A stretch of DNA of 64,000 bases from Rebecca billardiae RCC1528 (taxonomy: Eukaryota; Protista; Haptophyta). The notes under the pieces were generated by a model, which was not told the DNA's origin, searched no databases, and worked only from the letters and a program-made list of their open reading frames with translations. Position numbers and translations under genes: made by a program. The stretch spans positions 868,001 through 932,000 of the forward strand of contig OZ251245.1 in the NCBI GenBank assembly GCA_965240325.2, read 5' to 3'. Positions 9,506-21,276 of the stretch are shown in pieces (within the stretch, counting starts at the first letter, position 1; the number at the start of each line of letters is the position of its first letter).

Positions 9506-11427
9506 ATGGCGGCCCGTGGCCTCAACGCCATCCTGCCGGCGCCGGTGGGGGGCGGGGAGCAGGCGGACACGGGCGACGCCGCGCAAGCGCCGACGCCCGC
9601 CAAGAAGGCCATCCCCCCGTACGGCCAGCGCAAGGGATGGGTGCCGCGCTCGCAGGCCGACTTTGCCGGCGGCGGCGCTTTCCCGGAAGTGCACGTCGCG
9701 CAGTACCCGCTCGACATGGGCAAGAAGGGGAAGCAGGCGACGCAGCTCGTCTCCGTCACGACCGACGGGAACGGCAGCGTCAAATATGACGGCATCGCGC
9801 GCGTCGGGCATCGCGAGGGCCAGAAGGTGCGCGCGCGCGCGCGCCGCGCCCCTGCGCGCAAGATGGCTGCGCGGCGCTCACCGTCGCACTCGCCGCGCGC
9901 GCGCGCGCGCGCGCCGTCGCGCAGGTGTACACGTCGCTGAGCGACGCGACGGAGAAGCGCCCCGGCGACTCCGAGCTCGAGCGCCCCGACGAGGCCGCCA
10001 TCGCCGCGACCACGCAGGAGACCAAGGAGGCGCTCGAGAAGCTGGTCGAGGGGAAGATCAGCGCCGCACACAACCCGCGCGGGCTGCCCACGTCGGGCAA
10101 GGCGGCGGATCGCGCGGCGCCGACGTTCATCCGGTACACGCCCTCGGCGGGCGGCGCGGGCGCCGGCTCCGCCGGCGGCCAGCGCGTCATCCGCATGGTC
10201 GAGGCGCCCAAGGACCCGATGGAGCCGCCCAAGTTCAAGCACAAGCGCGTGCCAGGCGGCCCGCCGTCGCCGCCGGTGCCGGTGCTGCACTCGCCGCCGC
10301 GCAAGGTGACGGTGAAGGACAAGCAGGACTGGAAGATCCCGCCGGTGGTGTCCTCGTGGAAGAACGCGAAGGGGTACACCGTCCCGCTCGACAAGCGGCT
10401 CGCCGCCGACGGCCGAGGGCTGCAGGAGGTGCAGATCTCCGACAACTTTGCGAAGCTCTCCGAATCGCTGTACGTGGCCGAGCGCACGGCGCGGGAGGAG
10501 GTGGAGAAGCGAAACGCGCTGCAGAAGAAGCTGCTGATGAAGGAGAAGGCGGCGAAGGAGGAGGAGCTGCGCGCGCTGGCGCAGAAGGCGCGCACCGAGC
10601 GCGCAGCCGTCGTCGGCGCCGGGCTCGGCGCCGACGGCGGCAGCGCGCTCGGCGCCGGCGCCGGGCTCGCCGCAGTGTTCGGCGCGCCGCCGCCGCCGCC
10701 GCCCGGCGGCCCGCCGCTGCGCGCGGGCAGCCCGGGCGTGGACGGGCCGGGGCGCGAGGGGGAGGACGAGGAGGCGCGCGCGCTCGAGGCCGAGCGCGAG
10801 GAGATCCGGCGCGAGCGCAAGCGCGAGCGCGAGCGCGAGCGCAGGCTCGAGGCCTCGGGCGACGGCAAGCGCGGCAAGCTGACGCGCGAGCGCGAGCGCG
10901 ACGTGTCGGAGAAGGTGGCGCTGGGGCAGGCGGCGCCGACGACCGCCGACACGCTGTACGACCAGCGGCTGTTCAACCAGTCGCAGGGGCTCGCGTCCGG
11001 GCTGGGCGGGGACGACGACGGGTACAACATCTACGACAAGGCGCTCTTCGCCGGCGGCAGCGGCGCCAACGCCATCTACCGCCACAAGAAGGCGGACGAC
11101 GGCGGCTGGGGCGCGGACGAGGACGGAGTAGCAGCCGAGGTCGCCAAGCAGGCGCGCTTCCGGCCGGACAAGGGGTTCGCCGGCGCGGAGGGCGGCGGTG
11201 GCGGCGGCGCGGCGGGCGGCGGGCCCGTCCAGTTCGAGGCGGACAACGACCCGTTCGGTCTCAACCAGTTCCTCACAGAGGCGAGCTCCAAAGCGGCGGC
11301 GGGCGACGACGCGCGGCGCGGCGGCGGCGCGCTCGCGGCGGGCGGCGGTGGCAGCACCGGCCTCGCCGCGGAGGGCGGCAGCGGGCGCACGAGCATCGGC
11401 TTCCAGCGCGAGGGCAGCGGGCGGTGA
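9506..11427 (+). CDS. SNW1: SNW/SKIP (Prp45) splicing factor; join(9506..9826,9925..11427)
   Basis: PPYGQRKGWVPR..DF.GGGAFPEVHVAQYPLDMG, DPMEPPKFKHKRVP, HSPPRK, WKIPPVVSSWKNAKGYTVPLDKRLAADGRGL, YDQRLFNQ. Phase-0 GT-AG intron at 9827-9924. Confidence 0.96.
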
Positions 11428-13473
11428 CGCGCCGGGGCGCAGCCGTGCCGCGGCTCGGCGCGCGGCAGCCGCCGCGGGCGCCGCCGCCCAGCGCTCGGTG
11501 CAGCAGTCTCGAGACCTGCGCGGCGGATGCGGGCGCCAGCGCGGCCGAGGTCACCGCTGCCGCTGCGCTCGACCGAGCACGCGCGCCTGCTTCATGCTGC
11601 TTCAAGCGCATGCTGCGATGTTGCGTTCGGATGCTTTGCTCGCAGCGCACAGCGCTAGCGGCCCCCGATTACCTGCGCATGCTGCGCACCCATCTGCTCT
11701 GGCAGCGTCAGGACTCCATGCCGTGTCCGCGGTCGACTCGTCTCGGGCGGACCGCGGCCGGCCGGATGCGCAGACGCGAGACGTGCTGCCGCTGGCCTCC
11801 GTCTACGCGCAGCCTACGGTCTAGACTGACTAGTCACTCGCGCCGACTGGCGCTGATGGCGGTAGTATAACTAAACTGTGCGAGGCGGAGTCAGCGGACT
11901 ACGCGGTCATCGGCGCTGTCGGCGCTGTCGGCCCCGTGCCGGCCGATGGCGATGCCGAGCGTCCGCCGTCCGGTACCGAATCTATTTTAGTATTTACGTC
12001 ATCTAAATATACTACCGATCTATATATAAAAGTGATGCCGCATCATCAATAAACATCATTAACGACGATGATCATGATCATCGATCGTCATAAGATCAGA
12101 TATTATTATTCGTCATGATTTTATTATAAATAATAATAGTATCATATATATATATAGTATTATTCTGGTGAACACAGCTTTGAACAATTTTAATTCAGCC
12201 AGGGAGACCCAGCTCCGACCCCCTTTACTTGTTGTCACCTACTGCTGTCCAAAGTAATACCGGAGTAGGAATACGAACAATGGGGCCTCGAACGTTTTTT
12301 GATTAGGCACGCCTCGGGAATCGAGAACGCATGTCGTTACCTTTTTGAGCGCGCCTCATATGGACGTCGTTGCGATTCCCACCAATTTGTTGACGCTTTT
12401 CTACGACCATCCCCTCCTATTGAGAGTGCTTTCGCCGCCGCACCGCGTGCGCTACTGCGCTCGGCACACACAATTGATTGAGTATGACGAACGAGCTCAG
12501 CGCGCTGCTGCAGGAGGCGAAGGCCGCGCGCGACACGCAGAAAGAATGGCGCTCAGCCGGCGTGGCTCGACGACGCTGCCGGCACTCGCGCGCGCACACA
12601 CGTGCGCGACGAGGACGATCAGCTCCGCGGGCCTCCGCCGAACCCAGCGCCAGATGCCATCGTCGGCGTCGCGAGGTACTGCGCCGATCTGGCGGAGATC
12701 CAGCGGCACGTGGCGGCGATCAAGCAGCCGCAACCGCATCAGATGACGTGCACGAACGGCCTGATGGAGAACCTCGTACAACACGCCTACCATAAGCCAC
12801 CCGCTCGTCGACTTGCCCGACCACTACTCCGGCGCTGGCTCGTAATAATCAACGCGGGCCGCGGCCTTCGAGCCGTCACCCGCCGCCGCCCGCGGCGTGC
12901 GGTGCCATCACGGAGGTGCGTGCTCGTCGGCGCGAGCTGCAAAACACGGCATGCACACCGACGCGAGCCGCTCGTACCACGTCGTGCCCGACGGGCCGTG
13001 CTCAGCGACGGCTGCAAGTCTACTACGCTGTGCAGGTTGTGCCCTGCCTGCGCAGCTCGGCCCGCGCCTGCAGTCGCAGACCGGTGGGCCATCCGCGGTG
13101 CGTGCCGTTGCCGCGCCGTCGTGCCCGAGCGGTCGTGCGCAGCGACGACTGCATCGACGCACGCCTCGCCGTGCGCCTCGATGGGCCTAGTAGTAGCACT
13201 TGCAGAACCGCGGACGCGGTGGCGGTGCGGTGCCGCGCAGTGTCCGCGCCGCGCGCGCACGCGCCTGCGGCGCCTGCGGCGCGCCACTGGATTAGTCAAT
13301 ACCGTTAGTTAGTTAGTTAGTCAGCGCTGAACGGCCAACTCGTCCCATCGTCGTCGGGTCTGCCAGCCCTGGCAAGCTTCTCCGTCGCGTCCAAGACGCG
13401 CTGTGTTCGACCGCAGCCCCACCGCCGGGACACTAGGCCGCCAGGGCCCCCGCAGTTTTTATAATCATATTTC

Positions 13474-14983
13474 AAACTGTGCCCTGGCGGGCGGGGGTTC
13501 GGCGGGCCGTGCCAGTGCTGTCGCAATGTTTCCTCTGCGGGTTCGCGAGTTTTCACATTCGCTCGTGGCCGTGGGTGACGAACGGACAGTCCGAGGGCGA
13601 GGACCAGTGACACCTGAAGTTCTCCCAGGCGAGTGTACACGTCCGTGCGCATCGGCGAGGCCCACACCCACGAGGGAATGTGCAGCACGCGGGGCGGGTA
13701 GGGTAGCCCGTTGTTCCGCGCGAGCGCAGGTACGCGCTGTATGAGCCGCATCTCGCCCGCGATGGTGTAATCGAGCGCCTCAGTCGCCGCCGACAAAGCC
13801 GCCAGAGTATATCGTGTGCATGTCCTCCTTCCGCCAGCCGAGAGCGGTCGTCGCGAGGATGCTTGCCGACGTCCGCTCCGGGCATGATGGGCTCGGCGCA
13901 GGTCGCGCTGACGTCGTACAAGGCCGCCACGCTGAGTACGAGCGCGTTGACGTTCGCGCGCTCATCGCTCTTCGCCTCGTGCGACAGGTCTGGTGCCCGC
14001 GTGCTCGGCGGCACGAGGAGCTGTTGGTTGTGCGCGCGCGTTCACAGCGACAGCGTGTGCCACTCGCGATCGAGAGTGGGCACGAGCTGCTCGAGCAGGC
14101 ACACGAATCGCAGCGCATCCGTCACCGGCGTGACGACGTCTGCCTCGTCCCGCAGCGCCTGCGCCATGGACGAGGATGGTGCGTCGATGTTGCATGCTCG
14201 ACGTTTCATCTTTCTGCGGATGGCATCACGGGCTTGTCTGTGTCGCGCTGCGGCGAGGGTCGCCGACTCGCAAAGACGCAGTTGCTGCCACGGCGACAGA
14301 CCCGGGAGGTGCGTCCGCTGCGCGTCGTACGCCGTTGGCGCTGCGCTTCCGTCGCATTGGTCACCGTCGACGCCATGCACGCCGGACGTGGGCTTCGGCT
14401 GAGGGACCGCGAGCGACAGTCCGGTGCGCGGATTCCGGCGATCGAGTTCAGAAGGCGCGCCAATCTTGCGTCGCGTGCGATGGCGCTTCCCGCCCGCGAG
14501 ACACCTCGTGATGAGGGCCTTTCCGCACCGAGCCCGACGCGCGGCGGTGGATCGCGCGAGGCGGTTGTCGTGCGCAGCGCTCGATACTATGGCCCGTGCG
14601 AGCGCTCGACGTGCAAGTCGGGCGAGGACCGCCCCAGGCCGCACGATCTTGTCGACGCGCCGAGCGTACCTCCAAACGCGTCGACTTTGGCCCCCGTTCG
14701 ACCTGCACGCGAGACGACGAGGGCAGCAATCGCGAATCGGGCGAAACCCCCCCTCGGGAGTCCTCGCGCGATGTCCGCGCCGGCGTTGGATCTGGCGCGC
14801 GCAGCCCACGCGCTCCGCGCCATCGGGCACTTGTTTTCGGCCGAGCGTCCCCAGTGGGAGCTGCGAGGGCGCCCGGTGGTGAGCGAAGCGATTTTCTTTT
14901 CTTGGCGAGGCGGTTTTCTTTTTTCTTTTCTTTTTCTTATCTTTTCCCCGGGCACTACAAGGGGCGGACCTACGGCCCGCCAT
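13474..14983 (+). mobile_element. About 1.5-kb dispersed repeat, copy A (putative non-autonomous Helitron2/Helentron-like element)
   Basis: Reverse-complement homologue of 22965-24446. Short asymmetric IR (GTGCCCTGG at 13479, CCGGGCAC at 14948) followed by a terminal hairpin GGCGGACC-TAC-GGCCCGCC. Carries degenerate coding-like sequence. Confidence 0.7.
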
Positions 14984-15968
14984 ATCAGCAGATGATTCAG
15001 ATATGATTGTCGTGCTCATCATTGTCAGCGCGCCGCGCGGTCAGCGCCGAGAATCCATCACGCCTTCCCCATATTAACTTTCTTCATCATCATGACTCAT
15101 GGCCGCACCTCCTTCATCATGGCCTCCTGCGCACCCAACTCACAACTGCGCTCGCTCTATACGGCTTAAGCTACTCGGTCGTGTCTATTTGTTGGCGCGG
15201 CTCTTGATCACGTCATCAGCATCCCGAAACCTTCTCATTCGTCAAGCATGCAGCCAGCCCCGGCCAAGCTCATTATCGTCATACCCATAGTATGTTGGTC
15301 GCCAGGGTTGATGATGTGTGCACCGGTCGTAAACAATATCTTGAATTGATGTCGTATTATCTGGTCCTACGTATCACAACCAAAAAGTTTTCTGTATGAC
15401 GATACATAATTCACCTAGTTACCGCGTGCACAGCTCCAAGGATCCTTCTCAAGACCACCGAGCCGGGGGGTGGGCAAAGGCTAGGCGAAGGGGCGGTGCG
15501 TGGCCCGCATCGCGAGCGCCCCGGCGCGTGCGCGCGGTCAGCAGAGTTTGAGCGCACGGCCAGCGCCGCCCGCGCACGGCCAGCGCCGCCCGACGGCCCC
15601 TTAGCCAACGCTCATCGCTGGCACGCGCTGGCGCACGGGCGATGCAACAATGCTCAAGCCAGCACGCACCAGCGTGGTCTGGCGCCGGCACAAAAGGCAG
15701 TCGCGCGTGCAGCAAAACCGCAACCGCGGTGTGGACACCGCACGTCCGGTCGGGAGTGCAAGCGGGGAACCATCACCGCCTACGCTTCCAGGGGCGCACC
15801 CCACCGCGACGCGCACACGCCGCCGCCGATCCACGATGACGATGATTCATAACTCACCACTGCGCGTGACCCGGTGCGTGCCAATGCCTCGTGCCTCGAT
15901 CGACGCCGCCCCTGATCACTGATGCGCGGAGTGCGCAGGCCTTGCCCGTGCCCGTGCCAGCTCCTCCG

Positions 15969-18900
15969 ATGGCACCTCCCTCAAGTTCGCGCGTTGCCAC
16001 ACTCGTAGCAGTCGCTATTTTCTGGGCCTCCACCGCACCGTGCGCACAGGGCACGTTGCTCGCTGACGACCCTGTGTTCAGCGACTGCCTCGACAACAAG
16101 GCCACGTGCTCCTCACTGTGCGCGCGCGAGCTGATGCCGCACGCACCGCACTGGCAAGTGTGAGGCAGGCTCAGGCGGCACGGCGCGCGCAACCAGCTCC
16201 CACGAGTGCTCACTCACTCACCGCACGCTTGTCGTGCGTGGCCTCCATCACACCATGCAGGGACCTGCGCGAAAAGGCGCTCAGTGGCAGCATCCCGACG
16301 GAGGTGGGCGAACTGACGGCTCTTACAGACATGTGCGCGCGCTGCCGCGCACACTGCCGCTGCGTGCGATCGACACGGCTGCTGCTGCTGTGCATACGCG
16401 TGCGCGTGCGCGCAATCGCAACCTTCTCCTTGCACGTCGAGCCGCCGTGTGCCTGGCCGCCCAGGGTTGCGCGACGCATGCAGTGCGCTGAGTGAGCCCG
16501 CTCCCACACTGACGCCCGCCTGCGCGTGCGCATGTGGCCCTCCACGCCTCGCAGGTACCTCTACTCCAACTCGCTCGTTGGCACCATCCCGACAGAGGTG
16601 GGCGAGCTGACGGCTCTTACGGAAATGTGCGCGCGCTGCCGCGCACACACACTGCCGCTTTGTGTGATCGACACCGCCGCTGCTGTTGTGCAAACGCGTG
16701 TGCGTGCACGCCATCGCGAGCTGCGGCTTGCGCGTCAAGCTGCCGTGTGCCTGGCCACCCAGGGTTGCGCGACGCATGCAGAGCGCTGAGCCCGCCCCCG
16801 CACTGACTGACGCCCGCCTGCGCGTGCGGACGTGGCCCTCCACGCCTCGCAGGTACCTCTACTCCAACTCGCTCGTTGGTACCATCCCGACGGAGGTGGG
16901 CGAGCTGACTGCTCTTACGGAAATGTGCGCGCGCTGCCGCGCACACTGCCGCTGCGTGTGATGATGGACACCGCTGCTGCTGCTGTGCAAACGCGTGCGC
17001 GTGCACGCCATTGCTGCCTTCTGCTTGCATGTCGAGCTATCGTGTGCCTGGCCGCCCAGGGATGCTCGTTCATGCAGTGCGCTGAACCAGCTCCCATACT
17101 GACGCCAGCCTGCCCGTGCGCACCTGGCCTTCCACGCCGTGCAGGTACCTCACCGACAACTCGCTCATTGGCACCATCCCGACTGAGGCAGGCGAACTGA
17201 CGGCTCTTATGGACATGTGCGCGCACTGCCGCGCACACTGCCGCTGCGTGCGATCGACACCGCTGCTGCTGCTGTGCCAACGCGTGCGCGTGCGCGCCAT
17301 CGCGAGCTGCAGCTTGCGCGTCAAGCTAGAGTGTGCCGCGCCGCCCAGGGTTGCTCGACCATGCAGTGCGCGGAACCAGCTCCCATACTGACGCCCGCCT
17401 GCGCGTGCGCACGTGGCCCTCCACGCCTTGCAGGGCCCTCTTCTCCAACTCGCTCGTTGGCACCATCCCGACGGAGGTGGGCGGCATGACGGCTCTTACG
17501 ATCATGTGCGCGCGCTGCCGCGCACACTGCCGCTTTGCGTGCGATCGACACCGCTGCTGCTGCTGTGCAAACGCGTGTGCGTGCACGCCATCGCGAGCTG
17601 CGGCCTGCGCTTCAAGCTGCCGTGTGCCTGGCCACCCAGGGTTGCGCGACACATGCAGAGCGCTGAACCCGCTCCCACACTGACACCCGCCTGCGCGTGC
17701 GCAAGTGGCCCTCCACGCCGTGCAGGTACCTCAACGAAAACTCGCTCGTTGGCACCATCCCGACTGCGGTGGGCGACCTGACGGCTCTTACGAAAATGTG
17801 CGCGCGCTGCCGCGCACACACACTGCCGCTTTGTGTGATCGACACCGCCGCTGCTGTTGTGCAAACGCGTGTGCGTGCACGCCATCGCGAGCTGCGGCTT
17901 GCGCTTCAAGCTGCCGTGTGCCTGGCCACCCAGGGTTGCGCTGCACATGCAGAGCGCTGAGCCAGCTCCCACACTGACACCCGCCTGCGCGTGCGCAAGT
18001 GGCCCTCCACGCCGTGCAGGTACCTCAACGACAACTCGCTCGTTGGCACCATCCCGACGGCGGTGGGCGACCTGACCGCTCTTACGGAAATGTGCGCGCG
18101 CTGCCGCGCACACACACTGCCGCTTTGTGTGATCGACACCGCCGCTGCTGTGCAGACGCGTCGCACGCCATCGCGAGCTCTTGCTTGCGCGTCGAACTGC
18201 CGTTTACCGCGCCGCCCAGGGTTGCTCGACACATGCAGAGCGCTGAGCCAGTTCACACACTGACGCCCGCCTGCGCGTGCGGACTTGGCCCTCCACGCCT
18301 TGCAGGCGCCTCTTCACCACCACGCTCGGTGGCACCATCCCGACGGAGGTGGGCGACCTGACTGCTCTTGACGCAATGTGCGCGCGCTGCCGCGCAGGCG
18401 CGCACAGTTCCGCTGCATTCGATCGACACCGCCGCTGCTGTGCAGACGCGTCGCACGCAATCGCGAGCTGTGGCTTGCGCGTCAGACTGCCGTGTGCCGC
18501 GCCGCCCAGGGTTGCTCGGCGCATGCAGAGCGCCGAGCCAATTCCCACACTGACGCCCGCCTGCGCGTGCGCACGTGGCTCTCCACGCCGTGCAGGTACC
18601 TCTACGAAAACTCGCTCTCTGGCACCATCCCGACGGAGGTGGGCGGCATGACGGCTCTTGCGATCATGTGCGCGCGTTGCCGCGCACACTGCCGCTGCGT
18701 GCGATCGACACCGCTGCTGCTGCTGTGCAAGCGCGTGCGCGTGCGCGCAATCGCGAGCTGAGGCTTGCGCGTCAAGCTGCCGTGTGCCGCGCCGCCCAGG
18801 GTTGCTCGACGCATGCAGAGCGCTGAGCCCCCTCCCACACTGACGCCCGCCTGCGCGTGCGCACGTGGCCCTCCACGCTGTGCAGGTTCCTCTACGACAA

Positions 18901-20308
18901 CTCGCTTTCTGGCACAGTCCCGACGGATGTGGGCAGCATGACGGCTCTTGCAACCATGTGCGCGAGCTGCCGCGCACACTGCCGCTGCGTGCGATCGACA
19001 CCTCTGCTGCTGCTGTGCAAACGCGTGCGCGTGCGCGCAGGGTTGCTCGACGCATGCAGAGCGCTGAGCCCGCTCCCACGCTCCCGCCCGCCTGCGCGTG
19101 CGCACGTGGCCCTCCACGCCGTGCAGGTACCTCAACGACAACTCGCTCGTTGCTGGCACCATCCCGACGGAGGTGGGCGGCATGACGGCTCTTGCAACCA
19201 TGTGCGCGCGCTGCCGCGCACACTGCCGCTGATGAAATCGAGATACCTCTGCTACCGGCTGCTGTGCAACTGCGTGCGCGTGCGCGCGAGCGCAAGCTAC
19301 TGCTTGCTTCTCGCGCATGCACGAGGCCAGTCAGCAGCCACACGTGTGGAGTTGGTTGGGAGAGCAGATGCTACCAGGCCTGCCAGCGAGGATGGCCCCG
19401 CGCGAGGCAGAAGGCTCACTCGCCTGCAACGTATGTCTGCCCGACGTGTGTTGCGTGTGTCCTCCCTCTGATCTGTTGTGGCTGCAGGGGTGTTGCAGGC
19501 ACGAGCATGTGGGGCGGCATCCATGGCTACACAGCGGTAACTCCGGCTGAGCTCCCAGACTTCCCACCGCCCTCACCGCCTCCGTCGCCGCCGCCCTCGC
19601 CGCCGCCGTCGTCGCCGCCTCCCTCGCCGCCGCCCTCGCCGCCGCCCTCGCCGCCGCCCTCGCCGCCGCCCTCGCCGCCTCCTTCGCTGCCGCCCTCGCC
19701 GCCGCCGTCGCCGCCTCAGTCGCCGCCGCCCTCGCCGCCGCCGCCGCCGCCCTCACCGCCACCGCTGGCCATCTGTGGCGCCACTTGCTTCTTTGTGGTA
19801 TGCGCAGCTCTGCCAGCGTTGCTGCGTTGCCGGGCGTCCGCCTGGTACCGCCTGTGCACTCTCACCAGCACCGGGCGATAGCGACCATATGCTGTGGCGG
19901 GCGCGCATTGTGCGCTCTCAACACACCCGCGCCCATCATCCACTTTGACGCGCCCCGCTGACCACAATGCCACTGCCTGCCTGCCTTCGTGTGCCCTGCT
20001 GCTGCGGCGTGCGCCGGCGCCCGCCTCACCACCAGGCTGCCCTCTCGGGGCGCCGGCTGATCAAGTACGCGCTGTGCAGAATGCAAGGTGGCTGCGTGGA
20101 GCAGCCATTGTCGCTCCTCGGCAGCCGTCAGCTAGCAGCGTTGGTGATGGGCGACGAAGAGGACGGCGTTGAGGGCACGATGTCCACGGCTGCTGAAGCT
20201 GCTGCCGCGACGGCATGGATTGCGCTGACGGCGGCCGCTGTCGTGTCCGCCGTGGTCATTCGGAGCCGCCAGCGCAACCCAGGGCTGGGCTGGCGTTACA
20301 CTCCGTGA
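15969..20308 (+). CDS. LRR receptor-like type-I membrane protein, about 508 aa; exons 15969-16117, 16261-16332, 16555-16626, 16853-16924, 17145-17216, 17434-17505, 17726-17797, 18020-18091, 18306-18377, 18596-18667, 18886-18957, 19127-19201, 19488-19797, 20036-20308
   Basis: All introns are GT-AG and the spliced frame is open (1527 nt). Signal peptide, Cys cap (DCLDNKATCSSL), 11 plant-type LRRs (xLxxNSLxGTIPTEVGxLTALxxM), (SPPP)n stalk, Cys segment, TM helix and short tail. The last two exons are less certain. Confidence 0.85.
16230..19230 (+). repeat. Tandem array of 11 exon+intron units, period about 290 bp
   Basis: Recurrent ...CTGACGCCCGCCTGCGCGTGCGCACGTGGCCCTCCACGCCGTGCAG|exon|GTGCGCGCGCTGCCGCGCACAC... 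Confidence 0.95.
19564..19764 (+). repeat. 12-bp coding minisatellite encoding (SPPP)n extensin-like stalk
   Basis: (CCCTCGCCGCCG)n. Confidence 0.9.
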
Positions 20309-21276
20309 CGTCACATAACTACGGCATGGCCTCCGATTGCTTTCCCGCTCGCCGCGGCACTGCCAGGTCCCAGTGCGCCCTCCGACCATCAAGCGCCTGG
20401 TGGACTACCTTTGTGGTACCACCATGACCACGACGCTCACCCGGCTCAAGTATAGGTGGCGGTGTTGTCCGACTGTCCGAGACTGGGCACCAGTCCTCGG
20501 TGACACCGTCGTCCCATGCACGAGTCGCTGGTAAGTTTATACGCTTCTACCCGCACGCGTACCGGCGGGGGCGGCGGGGGCACGATCTGGCGCACTATCT
20601 TGGCCAGTCCAGAGCCCCAAACCCTGCGGGTTTGGTGGGGCTGCCGACTGCATCCATTCGTGACTTGTGACAGATCCGTCCGCTCGCCATCAGGGGCGGT
20701 CGACTTAGTTAGCCCCGCCTGGTCCGGGTCGCTTCCGGTGGACCCGTATCGCCCACACGCGCGGTAGGACGAAGCACCAGCGCTATGCTTCGTCTTCTGA
20801 GTCACGTCCCATGGCAGTCTGCTAACGACATTATAACTATATATATATATATATATATAAAGGACGACGACATATATTACTATAGCTCTGCCTGACCTTG
20901 CATGGGTTGGAAGGCGCGGACGCATTCTATGTCGGTCTGCTGCGCACTCTGCAACATTGACCGCTGACGCTTGCTGCCGTTGCACATACCACGTCGTTAA
21001 ATATATGACCGCGTTCCGCGGTCCTTCCGTAGAACCAACGCAGTTATTCGGGGCCCGCGGTGCACCCTCCGTCGGCTGCTGTCTCAGTCGGACATGTGCG
21101 TAACAGTTCGTTCGCCTGAGCTGCCGCCCACCGGGCCGGCTGGCCGAGCAGCGGACTGTCGTCGCCGGCGGGCCGCCGCGCGGGGAAGCGGCCGCCGCGG
21201 GGCGGCGCGCGCGCGCAGGGCAGGGCGAGAGGCGCCGCGCGGCGCGGGCCGGCGCGTGCGCGCGTGCGGGCGCACC

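Noticed and set aside
12478-13312. Small protein-coding gene
   Set aside because: Coding-like fragments lie in two frames with no recognisable domain or clear splice model.
14953-14965. CACTACAAG as a CACTA terminus
   Set aside because: It points outward, is internal to the conserved end of the 1.5-kb repeat, and has no partner TIR with a TSD.
16230-19230. CRISPR-like array, or introner-element invasion
   Set aside because: The variable parts are homologous in-frame LRR exons with GT-AG borders, not unique spacers. Exons and introns are duplicated together, unlike independent introner insertions.
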